This document shows, one piece after another, positions 17,203 through 24,491 of a stretch of DNA of 26,040 nt. The DNA lies in IMG/VR virus record IMGVR_UViG_3300024429_000030, positions 1 to 26,040 of that record; one strand, given 5' to 3'. The notes below the pieces were generated by a model. It made no database searches. It saw only the letters and a program-made list of their open reading frames with translations, and was not told the DNA's origin. This DNA comes from a virus (taxonomy: Duplodnaviria > Caudoviricetes). Positions within the stretch are counted from its first letter, which is position 1. Every line of letters begins with the position of its first letter. The position numbers were made by a program, and so were the translations under genes.

Positions 17203-19302
17203 ATGTCTCTCAAAATTGTTCAACTTTCGCCGGGGTATTTTCCCAGCCCATCAATTGGTAGACCTATCTCCAATGCAGATATATTTGTAGGCATTCCCGA
17301 TCTTGATCCTGAAATATTGGGAAATCAAAAACAGATCAGTATTCAAGAAGAAAACGGAGATATTACTCCTATTTCTCAACCAATATCCACAGGCTCTGGG
17401 GGAGTACCACTATTCAATGGATCCCCTGTCACTATTTTGGCTGAAGGAAACCATTCCTTAAAAGTTTTGGATAAACAAGGAAGTCAAATTTATTTTGTCC
17501 CCAATGTTGCTGGATTCACTCAAAATGAAGAGGTTGAAGATATATTTGGACTTGTAAGTATTTTGAATCCTACAGACGGAGACACAACAGATGTTTTAGG
17601 TTTTTTTGTCACTTTTCCTCAATCTAAATTTAAAGGGGGAGGGTTATTTGTTTGGCAAACCGAGTTGGATAAAACCCTTGCTAATGGCGGAACAATTATT
17701 GATCCAGACAACATTGGTGGTTTTGATGGAAGTCCATCAACTAGAGATGCTTTTCTCGCAGCGCAAGGCGGTGGGTCAGGTACGGGTTGTTGGGTTAGGA
17801 TATTTTCGTGCACAACAAATGTTTATATGTTTGGGGCTGAAGGCACTGGTGCTATAGCATCAGATGATAGTGGTGCGTTTCAAGCTACGTTTGATAATAG
17901 CGTTGATGTTCATATCCCACTTGGAACATATAAATTAACTACACCTATTACATTTGAGGCATTAGATAAAAGACGAAGTATTTTCGGTGATGGTGCCAGT
18001 ACGCAAATTGTTCCAGTCTTCTCGGTTACAGGATCGACACAGTGGGTATTTGAGAGTGTCAATGTCGTAATGGGATTTTTTGGTAAAATGAGGCTTGTGG
18101 AGCCCTTCATGGAGTCTGCTCCTACTGTGGATATAGGATTGCTTAAAGTAGATTCAAGCCTACGAGGAATGACTATAGAGCAAACATATGTATGGGGTTT
18201 GTATCATGGGATTTTTCTAGGAGGAGATGTTTTTGCAAAAGCATCCGTGCGAGATTATCATCACCATATTTTAACAGATTCTGCCGCCTCCATAGCCGCA
18301 GGAGCAACAAGCATTACTTGCAACGGCAATACTGTATTCATGGATGGTTTAGATATTATCGGTGGATTTTTTGAAGGAGTTGCAATCAATACGCCTGGAA
18401 CAGGCGACACCGAAGTTTTAACTATCAAGAATTTCAATATTGCAGGTGCAAGCGATACTCGGAAAATGCGAACAGCTATAAGAATGACTAGCGTCAGGAA
18501 AATAGGGATAGAAGCCGGATGGATAGAGCAAATAGATCAACCTGGCACTGTCGGCAGGCAAGAATCCATTTTAATCGAAAACGGTACAAATATTTCTGTT
18601 AGAGACCTCAATTTAGCAGCTGGGAGTATTTATATTGACAATGTAACGCAAGGAACTTTTGATAATATAAGTTTTGGCAATGCCAACGCTGGCATATTTA
18701 CCAAAGATCCCACGGTTGAAAATGACATATCTATTTTCAACTTGCATCAGCAATCAACTTCCGAAAACGATATGGCCGACTTCGGATTGAATTATAGCGG
18801 AAAGATTACTGTTGTGGATGAGGATAGATATCACATGCCCAAAGAGAGATACATAGCTCTTCCCTTCATTAGCAGCGGATTCCCTGCACAGATCAGCAAT
18901 GACCCTGGTGATATGTCTTCAGCACAAAACCTTGTGACATATTTAACAGGAAACCGTGCTATGACTGTAAATGCCAAAGATAATTTTGGCTTGAAGTGGG
19001 ATTTTGCAGGTCTACTTTCTAATCAAAAATATACATTTGTATGTTGGGCACAAGTCTCTGCTGCTAATACTGATAAGATTTTTTTGTCTCAATCCATAGG
19101 ATCTCATGATTTCAGATCTCCTCAGATCAATTTCGCCGTAACTCAGGATGAATGGAGGAAATTATTCAGAACATACAAAACTGATGGATCTGGAGATTTA
19201 ACTGTATTGCTTAAGGCTGATGTAAACGATGCCAATTTTGGCCAATTCATTCTCGACAGCACCCAATTATGGCTTGGTGTTCGCTCTGATGATCCGTCCT
19301 AA
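17203..19302 (+). CDS. Tailspike: P22-type head-binding domain, beta-helix body, C-terminal carbohydrate-binding-like domain
   Basis: N-terminal GRPISNADIFVGIPDLDP..NQ..QENG...SQPI...GG....NG..HSLKVLD..G.Q; NVYMFGAEG...DDSGAFQ..VHIPLGTY pectate_lyase_3-like start; markedly AT-rich. Confidence 0.9.
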   Translation: MSLKIVQLSPGYFPSPSIGRPISNADIFVGIPDLDPEILGNQKQISIQEENGDITPISQPISTGSGGVPLFNGSPVTILAEGNHSLKVLDKQGSQIYFVPNVAGFTQNEEVEDIFGLVSILNPTDGDTTDVLGFFVTFPQSKFKGGGLFVWQTELDKTLANGGTIIDPDNIGGFDGSPSTRDAFLAAQGGGSGTGCWVRIFSCTTNVYMFGAEGTGAIASDDSGAFQATFDNSVDVHIPLGTYKLTTPITFEALDKRRSIFGDGASTQIVPVFSVTGSTQWVFESVNVVMGFFGKMRLVEPFMESAPTVDIGLLKVDSSLRGMTIEQTYVWGLYHGIFLGGDVFAKASVRDYHHHILTDSAASIAAGATSITCNGNTVFMDGLDIIGGFFEGVAINTPGTGDTEVLTIKNFNIAGASDTRKMRTAIRMTSVRKIGIEAGWIEQIDQPGTVGRQESILIENGTNISVRDLNLAAGSIYIDNVTQGTFDNISFGNANAGIFTKDPTVENDISIFNLHQQSTSENDMADFGLNYSGKITVVDEDRYHMPKERYIALPFISSGFPAQISNDPGDMSSAQNLVTYLTGNRAMTVNAKDNFGLKWDFAGLLSNQKYTFVCWAQVSAANTDKIFLSQSIGSHDFRSPQINFAVTQDEWRKLFRTYKTDGSGDLTVLLKADVNDANFGQFILDSTQLWLGVRSDDPS

Positions 19303-19746
19303 ATGAAGCTCACAATGTCCAGATACGCAAATGGGAGTGATTCCACTGGAGGCATTCTGTACGTTAACGACCGCTTTTTCTGTTACACCTGCGAGGATGA
19401 AAAGCGGGAAGTGAAGGTCAAGGGTGAAACGAGAGTACCAGCAGGCACATATGCTATAAAGCTGCGGGACGCTGGTGGAATGCATAATAAATATCTCGTC
19501 AAATATTCATTTCATCGGGGAATGATCCATCTCCAGGACGTGCCAGGATTCGAATGGATCTACATCCACACCGGCAACAACGAAGGGCACACGGAAGGCT
19601 GCATCCTTGTCGGCTACCAAGCTCACAAGGTCAACGGAGAGCATCAGGTCTTCGCTTCCCGGCAGGCCTACACCGACCTGTACCAACTGATTCTTATTGC
19701 CCTTGATAGGGGCGAAGACATCGAAATAGAGATAAGGGAGAGATAA
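19303..19746 (+). CDS. DUF5675-like protein, putative endolysin (L,D-peptidase-like His/Cys motif)
   Basis: ST.G.L....FCYT.ED...GETRVPAGTY and VPGFEWIYIHTGN...HTEGCILVG; adjacent to holin. Confidence 0.75.
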   Translation: MKLTMSRYANGSDSTGGILYVNDRFFCYTCEDEKREVKVKGETRVPAGTYAIKLRDAGGMHNKYLVKYSFHRGMIHLQDVPGFEWIYIHTGNNEGHTEGCILVGYQAHKVNGEHQVFASRQAYTDLYQLILIALDRGEDIEIEIRER

Positions 19747-20166
19747 ATGGACCCGATCACCATTAGCGGAATACTCGGCATTGGCGGAAAGCTCATAGAC
19801 AAGTTCTTTCCTGACCCTGAGAACGCTGCCAGGGCTAGGGCCGAACTCTTGAGAATGCAACAGGCGGGGGAACTTAAAGAGCTGGAAGTTAGAATGTCGG
19901 CCATCCTTGCGGAGGCCAAGAGCGCAGACCCTTGGACCTCCAGGGCCCGGCCATCCTTCATGTATGTCATCTACATCATGATTCTGGCGTCCATACCCAT
20001 GGGAATATTATCAGCATTCCGGCCCGATACCGCCCTTGCTATCGCCGCAGGAATGAAGGCATGGCTGGCTGCGATACCCGATGGGCTCTGGGCTACCTTT
20101 GGGATCGGTTACACCGGCTATTCTGTGGCTCGGTCGATGGATAAGAAGGCTGTCACCAAGATGTGA
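19747..20166 (+). CDS. Holin of the 3-TM (GTA-holin-like) family
   Basis: GGKLIDKFFPDP...AEAKS.D.WTSRARP...IPDGLW...G..GY..ARS.DK pattern with hydrophobic segments. Confidence 0.85.
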   Translation: MDPITISGILGIGGKLIDKFFPDPENAARARAELLRMQQAGELKELEVRMSAILAEAKSADPWTSRARPSFMYVIYIMILASIPMGILSAFRPDTALAIAAGMKAWLAAIPDGLWATFGIGYTGYSVARSMDKKAVTKM

Positions 20167-20174
20167 ACAAACCA

Positions 20175-20204
20175 TAAAGGCCCCTCCGATCAGAGGGGCC
20201 TTTA
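20175..20204. terminator. Bidirectional terminator between convergent late and leftward genes
   Basis: TAAAGGCCCCTC-cgatca-GAGGGGCCTTTA, perfect 12-bp inverted repeat. Confidence 0.85.
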
Positions 20205-20208
20205 GCCA

Positions 20209-20418
20209 TCATACCAACACCCCCACCGTGCGCCCTCCCACCACCTCCACCCTGACAACTCCCTCCATCTCCAACGCCATCACACTCTCCCGGCTTACAA
20301 GATACCGCTCATCATCCCTGAACTCCTCCTTGCTGCCACTGATGAACCATTGACCCAGGCCGCTATGTTCCTCCAGCGTCCATCCTCTTTCCAGGCGTTC
20401 ACGTAGATCCTCCATCAC
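20209..20418 (-). CDS. Hypothetical protein, 69 aa
   Basis: AAGGAGG SD on the minus strand, 4-nt overlap with upstream gene, ends at terminator. Confidence 0.7.
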   Translation of the reverse strand: MMEDLRERLERGWTLEEHSGLGQWFISGSKEEFRDDERYLVSRESVMALEMEGVVRVEVVGGRTVGVLV

Positions 20419-20615
20419 ATCCCCTCCTTTATCCGCTTCAGCTTCAGCGCGTCATTGATCCTTTCCCACACTGCCTCACCAGCCATCAGCCTACGCTTAT
20501 ACGACCGCATATCCCGGTAGACTTCCGGGTGAACCCCCACCACTTCGGGCATACCTGCCACCGAGATGCCAAGATCTATCTCTGCCATGCGTAGCTCTGA
20601 GACTGTGTGGGTCAT
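20415..20615 (-). CDS. Hypothetical protein, 66 aa
   Basis: AGAGGAGG SD on the minus strand; first gene after leftward promoter. Confidence 0.75.
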   Translation of the reverse strand: MTHTVSELRMAEIDLGISVAGMPEVVGVHPEVYRDMRSYKRRLMAGEAVWERINDALKLKRIKEGM

Positions 20616-20654
20616 GTGCGCCTCCTCTATTTATTTATCGTTAGCGACATGGAA

Positions 20655-20683
20655 AGAATAGCGCCGTTGGTACTGCGTGTCAA
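20655..20683 (-). promoter_or_regulatory. Leftward sigma70 promoter
   Basis: Minus strand TTGACA (20683-20678), 17 bp, TATTCT (20660-20655). Confidence 0.75.
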
Positions 20684-20709
20684 CTTTTATTCTTTTTTAT
20701 TCTTTTTTG

Positions 20710-20738
20710 TTGACAGCCTGCCAGAGTCAGGATATAAC
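20710..20738 (+). promoter_or_regulatory. Rightward early sigma70 promoter
   Basis: TTGACA (20710-20715), 17 bp, TATAAC (20733-20738); T-tract UP-like region upstream. Confidence 0.8.
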
Positions 20739-20747
20739 TTTTCTCAC

Positions 20748-20767
20748 AAACGCAACGAAACGAAACG
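20748..20767 (+). repeat. Four tandem (A/C)AACG pentamers, candidate operator
   Basis: AAACG CAACG AAACG AAACG between the promoter and the SD of the RHH gene. Confidence 0.6.
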
Positions 20768-20775
20768 GAGGCAGC

Positions 20776-20925
20776 ATGGCAGACAAGCGTGAATCGGTAC
20801 ATATCACAAATGGTACACATAAGCAGCTCAAGGAGTATGTTGATCTGCGAGGACTGAAAATCAAGAACGTGGCGGATGCGGCAATATCGGAATTCCTGGC
20901 CCGCAACAAGAAGGAGGAAAAGTGA
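20776..20925 (+). CDS. Ribbon-helix-helix (Arc/omega-like) regulator, 49 aa
   Basis: ESVHI strand, then THKQLKEYVDLRG and IKNVADAAISEFL helices; GGAGG SD; first gene of early operon. Confidence 0.75.
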   Translation: MADKRESVHITNGTHKQLKEYVDLRGLKIKNVADAAISEFLARNKKEEK

Positions 20926-20928
20926 GCG

Positions 20929-21129
20929 ATGCGAAAGAAAAGGCGGAACGGCTGGCATTCTTTGACGGCTGCTGGAAAGTTCGCTGCCCTTGCGGTGCTT
21001 GTCGCTGCGATTCTATCGGCGGCTCTCCTGGGGCAAGCTTACGGCAACCGTGCGGATGCGGCGGACACGGCAAGGACGGCGGAGCTGATGCGGTCGGGAA
21101 TCCAGATGGGCAACATGGCGAGGAGGTAG
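20929..21129 (+). CDS. Small single-TM protein, 66 aa (alternative frame 20922..21134 also possible)
   Basis: Basic N-terminus plus hydrophobic FAALAVLVAAILSAALLG; AAGGAGG upstream. Confidence 0.5.
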   Translation: MRKKRRNGWHSLTAAGKFAALAVLVAAILSAALLGQAYGNRADAADTARTAELMRSGIQMGNMARR

Positions 21130-21130
21130 C

Positions 21131-21316
21131 ATGACCTTCAACTTCAGCACCATCACACCCGAGCAGCACCGAGAAGACATTGAGTCAATCTGGGGCAGTT
21201 TTGACCGCAGGCATAAGCCTAAGAAGCCCATGGGTGTCAGTATCGGAGATGTATCGTTCGGTGGTGGCATCAACGAGATACCTGTTGGCATACTTGCCGG
21301 GGAGAGACAGAAATGA
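21131..21316 (+). CDS. Hypothetical protein, 61 aa
   Basis: GAGGAGGT SD; ATGA overlap with next gene. Confidence 0.7.
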   Translation: MTFNFSTITPEQHREDIESIWGSFDRRHKPKKPMGVSIGDVSFGGGINEIPVGILAGERQK

Positions 21317-21549
21317 CATTCAAGGCAGCAGCAAAAAAGCTCAAGAAGATGGCGGTCGGAAAATATCACTCACTCAGTTACGAGCTTGTCACGTTCGGCG
21401 ATGGTATAAGTGATAAGTCAGAAGCGACATGCTCGGTCTATATCTCCGGCATGAACCATCACAAGGGCGCAACCTGGGAGCAGGCATTGCTCCTTATACA
21501 GCAGGCCATTGACTCCTCGGCCCCAGACACCACCGAAGCACCGGAGTAA
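21313..21549 (+). CDS. Hypothetical protein, 78 aa
   Basis: GGGGAG SD; operon packing. Confidence 0.75.
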   Translation: MTFKAAAKKLKKMAVGKYHSLSYELVTFGDGISDKSEATCSVYISGMNHHKGATWEQALLLIQQAIDSSAPDTTEAPE

Positions 21550-21552
21550 GCC

Positions 21553-21900
21553 ATGGGCAAGCTATGGAGCCACGAAAAGCAGGATTGGGTCGAACAGACG
21601 GCATGGTGCCCACAGTGCCGCAGTGTCCATGTCCTGCTCCGCGCAAAGCACGGTGAGCCTAAGCTTCTATGCCCAGTATCATATGGCTGGCGCTGGATGC
21701 ACAACGATGAAAAGATGCAAGAGTGGCGGATAGAATTGGAGTGGGCGTCACTGGATCACTATTTGAGCTCGGCAGAGGCCATCAGGAGACGCTTAGACGC
21801 TCCGATGCATACCGTGACATGCCCCGACTGCCACACGCCCCGACAGAGCTACGACAGCACCGGAACCCAATGCGTTAATTGCAGCATGGAGAGGGAATAG
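21553..21900 (+). CDS. Cys-rich putative zinc-binding protein, 115 aa
   Basis: CPQC, CPDC and CVNC motifs; GGAG SD. Confidence 0.7.
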   Translation: MGKLWSHEKQDWVEQTAWCPQCRSVHVLLRAKHGEPKLLCPVSYGWRWMHNDEKMQEWRIELEWASLDHYLSSAEAIRRRLDAPMHTVTCPDCHTPRQSYDSTGTQCVNCSMERE

Positions 21901-21909
21901 GGGGAGAAG

Positions 21910-22578
21910 ATGGCGCTTAATATTTACCAACGCATCAACGCTGTGATGAAGGAAGTATCCTATGTCAAGAAGGACGCCGAGGTTGGGTTCGGACAGAACA
22001 AATATAAGGCCGTATCCCACGATGCCGTGATAGCCCTGGTCAGAAAGTCATGCGTTGACCACGGTATCCTGATCGTAACAAGTCAGGTAGGTGCAGGAAA
22101 GGTCGTACCAGGAGAAACCGCCACCGGAAAACCTAAAATAAGGTACGAAGCGTTTTACGATGTCACTTTCGTGAACATCGATGATCCCACCGATAAGTTC
22201 ACAGCTTCAGCCGAGGCCCATGGAGATGACGGCGGGGATAAGGGCCCTGGTAAAACCATGTCCTACGCCTCCAAGATGGTTATCCTCAAAACGTTTATGC
22301 TGGAAACAGGCATTGCAGACGAAAGCAGATACGGAGACGAGCAAGGGGGGCAGGGCCCTCAAGGCAAACCTCCGCAGGCCAAGCAGGAAGACAGGCAAGA
22401 CAATGGCGCCTCCAGCAGGGCACAATACGCCATCATCTCCAAGAAGATTGCAGCATTCCCTCCCAACAAAGCTCAGTCAGTGCTGAATGATTACCGCAAG
22501 GAGATCGCAGAAATGCCGAAGGAAGGGCAGGAGGGTTTAACGAAGTTGGCGAGAGAACGAGAAGCATCTAACCAGTAA
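21910..22578 (+). CDS. erf: ERF-family single-strand annealing recombinase
   Basis: NIYQRI..V..EV..V.K, YKAVSH, FVNIDDP.D, G.D.GDKGPGK.MSYA.K..LK.F...G motifs. Confidence 0.85.
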   Translation: MALNIYQRINAVMKEVSYVKKDAEVGFGQNKYKAVSHDAVIALVRKSCVDHGILIVTSQVGAGKVVPGETATGKPKIRYEAFYDVTFVNIDDPTDKFTASAEAHGDDGGDKGPGKTMSYASKMVILKTFMLETGIADESRYGDEQGGQGPQGKPPQAKQEDRQDNGASSRAQYAIISKKIAAFPPNKAQSVLNDYRKEIAEMPKEGQEGLTKLAREREASNQ

Positions 22579-22592
22579 GGGAGACGAGGGAC

Positions 22593-22895
22593 ATGCTGCA
22601 ACAAATCAAGGAACGCCTCCAAAAGGCATCTCCAGGACCATGGAACGTTGACGGGAAGCTCGTTTACAAGCTCGTTCAATCCACCAACTCCGAACACCTC
22701 GTCAACAGATTTTCGGCCGGAGTGCAGTCCGCAAGGCAGCTACACGAGGCACAAGACGCAGAGTTAGATGCCAACGCTCAGTTGATGGCCCACGCCCCCA
22801 CCGACATTGCCTTTCTCATCGAAGAGGTGGAGCGGCTGCGAGAGGTGGAGGGCATACTTGCCCGATCGCTCGGAGGATCAGCCAACGAATATTAG
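22593..22895 (+). CDS. Ead/Ea22-like early protein, 100 aa
   Basis: IKERLQKASPGPW ... ANAQLMAHAPTDIAFLIEEVERLR pattern. Confidence 0.7.
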   Translation: MLQQIKERLQKASPGPWNVDGKLVYKLVQSTNSEHLVNRFSAGVQSARQLHEAQDAELDANAQLMAHAPTDIAFLIEEVERLREVEGILARSLGGSANEY

Positions 22896-23065
22896 TTCCG
22901 CAACCCTCGGAGCATGTGGTTTGGCGACTGCGCTGCGCCGAGGTAAGCAGCCTCCCCGCAATAGCGCGGGGAGGAAATTAAACTCCGCAGCCCCTCATTC
23001 GGAGCCGGTGCTAACTCATCTACTGGATGTTTAGATTGCACACCGGAGCGGCTGCGGAGCTTTTC
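22896..23065 (+). ncRNA. Candidate structured non-coding/cis-regulatory RNA
   Basis: Largest gap in the early operon; three stem domains (22905-22943, 22951-22974, 22983-23059) ending in CTTTTC. Confidence 0.45.
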
Positions 23066-23084
23066 ACAACACACTGGAGGATGT

Positions 23085-23255
23085 ATGCGAGACGCAGAGG
23101 AAAAACCGAACGTAGCTGGCATTACTCGTCACGGTGGCACCAATTACAAATCAGTCCCAGGCATTCACGGCTGCATGGGGTGCGATGCTACAGGATTCAG
23201 CGTTTTATGCGATAAATGCAGGGTTGGCCATATCTTCCAGGAGGTGACATCATGA
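23085..23255 (+). CDS. Small Cys-rich protein, 56 aa (MRDAEEKPNV...CMGC...CDKC...), not in ORF track
   Basis: Translated by hand; GGAGG SD at 23076-23080; two CxxC; ATGA overlap with next gene. Confidence 0.65.
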   Translation: MRDAEEKPNVAGITRHGGTNYKSVPGIHGCMGCDATGFSVLCDKCRVGHIFQEVTS

Positions 23256-23656
23256 TCGGAAAGCAAGGCAACAAACCTGCGATTCCTGCCGGATATCAAC
23301 GAGCGAGAGTGCGCTGCATGAACGGCTGCACAGGCAACAGGAGCAACCCTATCAAGACATGGCCCAAGGGTGAGCCAGCTCCCAACGTGCTATGCACTCA
23401 GTGTAAGCGCAAAGGCACCGACCGCTTGATGTCCCTGTCCGGTAAGGATAAGCCCCGAGCACTTGACCCCGAATCATGGTACGGTCCTCCAGTCATCATC
23501 TACCGGCCAGGAGATCCAGGCTTCGCTGAGAGGGCTGCGGAGTGTACCTTTATCCAGGACATCAGCAACGTATCCAAGGGTGCCGTTTTCTGCTTCGATC
23601 TGGAGGAAAAGCAGCGCAGAATACGCAGAGAGAAAAGGGAAGCATTGGCTAATTAA
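23252..23656 (+). CDS. Putative zinc-finger protein, 134 aa
   Basis: CMNGC and CTQC; AGGAGGT SD supports ATG 23252 over the track start 23216. Confidence 0.7.
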   Translation: MIGKQGNKPAIPAGYQRARVRCMNGCTGNRSNPIKTWPKGEPAPNVLCTQCKRKGTDRLMSLSGKDKPRALDPESWYGPPVIIYRPGDPGFAERAAECTFIQDISNVSKGAVFCFDLEEKQRRIRREKREALAN

Positions 23657-23663
23657 CCACAGC

Positions 23664-23683
23664 AGCGGGGAGACTCGCGGAGG
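23664..23683 (+). repeat. 20-bp leader repeat copy 1 (GAGA-tetraloop hairpin plus SD)
   Basis: AGCGGGGAGACTCGCGGAGG, identical to 23892-23911. Confidence 0.85.
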
Positions 23684-23693
23684 GTAGAAGAAT

Positions 23694-23885
23694 ATGGGGA
23701 GAACTTTTGGAGAGACTGTTAAAGCCTTAACGACTACTGGTAATTATCTTGCTGAAAGAATTAAGGTTTCAGATGAGTTTATAGGCTTAATGGATTTAAT
23801 GTTCCCTGACGAATATGAACAAATTAAACAAAAGGAGGAAGATTATCAAGCGCTATTGACCATGATGACCGCTGCTGAAAATTAA
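23694..23885 (+). CDS. Hypothetical protein, 63 aa, AT-rich
   Basis: GGAGG SD; bracketed by the 20-bp repeats. Confidence 0.7.
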   Translation: MGRTFGETVKALTTTGNYLAERIKVSDEFIGLMDLMFPDEYEQIKQKEEDYQALLTMMTAAEN

Positions 23886-23891
23886 TATCAA

Positions 23892-23911
23892 AGCGGGGAG
23901 ACTCGCGGAGG
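23892..23911 (+). repeat. 20-bp leader repeat copy 2
   Basis: AGCGGGGAGACTCGCGGAGG. Confidence 0.85.
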
Positions 23912-23919
23912 AGAGAAGA

Positions 23920-24186
23920 ATGAAAAAGTTAATGATGTTGGCAACGGTATTGGTCGCTGTATCACTGACAGGATGTGCAGACACCATGTCATTTCAGCAG
24001 GCCATAGGTGCTGAACAAGTGGGGTTCTGGTATGGATTGCAGCACGGAACGATTGCCCCTTTCGCGTGGCTGGTGTCGCTCTTTAGCGATTCAACATCCA
24101 TCTATGCCATTTATAACAACGGTGGATGGTATGACTTCGGATTCATGCTGGGCATCGGTGCTCTGGGCACTGCCGCTAACATATAA
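23920..24186 (+). CDS. Small membrane lipoprotein, 88 aa
   Basis: MKK plus hydrophobic core plus lipobox LTGC; aromatic/hydrophobic mature part (GFWYGLQHG...NNGGWYDFGFMLG). Confidence 0.8.
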   Translation: MKKLMMLATVLVAVSLTGCADTMSFQQAIGAEQVGFWYGLQHGTIAPFAWLVSLFSDSTSIYAIYNNGGWYDFGFMLGIGALGTAANI

Positions 24187-24204
24187 CTAATTTTAACCCC
24201 CACC

Positions 24205-24230
24205 GGGGCGGGTCGCAAGGCTCGCCCTTT
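24205..24230 (+). terminator. Probable terminator with GCAA tetraloop
   Basis: GGGGCGGGTC-gcaa-GGCTCGCCCT, short T tail. Confidence 0.6.
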
Positions 24231-24257
24231 CGCTTGGCCAGAAACTTACATTAGGTG

Positions 24258-24286
24258 TTGACACCACATAGATATACGTGTAGTAT
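24258..24286 (+). promoter_or_regulatory. Sigma70 promoter for the replication operon
   Basis: TTGACA (24258-24263), 17 bp, TAGTAT (24281-24286). Confidence 0.7.
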
Positions 24287-24323
24287 TCATATCAACGATA
24301 CACAACACAGAGGAGAGAGAGCA

Positions 24324-24479
24324 ATGGACGCACCGATCAGAAAGATGACTGTCGAGATTTACGAATTAACGTGTCAGAGGTGTGGACACAAGTGGATACC
24401 TGTCAAGCATCATTCACAAGTCAGGCAGTGTTCCAAGTGCCGCACGGCGTACTGGGACACCCCCAAGGACGCAAAATAG
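24324..24479 (+). CDS. Small zinc-ribbon protein, 51 aa
   Basis: CQRCGHKW...CSKCRTAYW; AGAGGAG SD supports ATG 24324. Confidence 0.8.
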   Translation: MDAPIRKMTVEIYELTCQRCGHKWIPVKHHSQVRQCSKCRTAYWDTPKDAK

Positions 24480-24491
24480 GGGGCATGAGGG

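Noticed and set aside
20929-21129. Rz/Rz1 embedded spanin pair
   Set aside because: Neither frame has a signal peptide with lipobox, proteins are too short, and the locus is in the early operon
22983-23059. tRNA or tRNA-like gene
   Set aside because: Similar length but no T-arm TTCGA motif in position, no D-loop pattern, no 7-nt anticodon loop or CCA
23664-23911. Mini-CRISPR or att-site pair
   Set aside because: Only two 20-bp copies ~208 bp apart enclosing an ORF, each containing an SD; no cas or integrase in window
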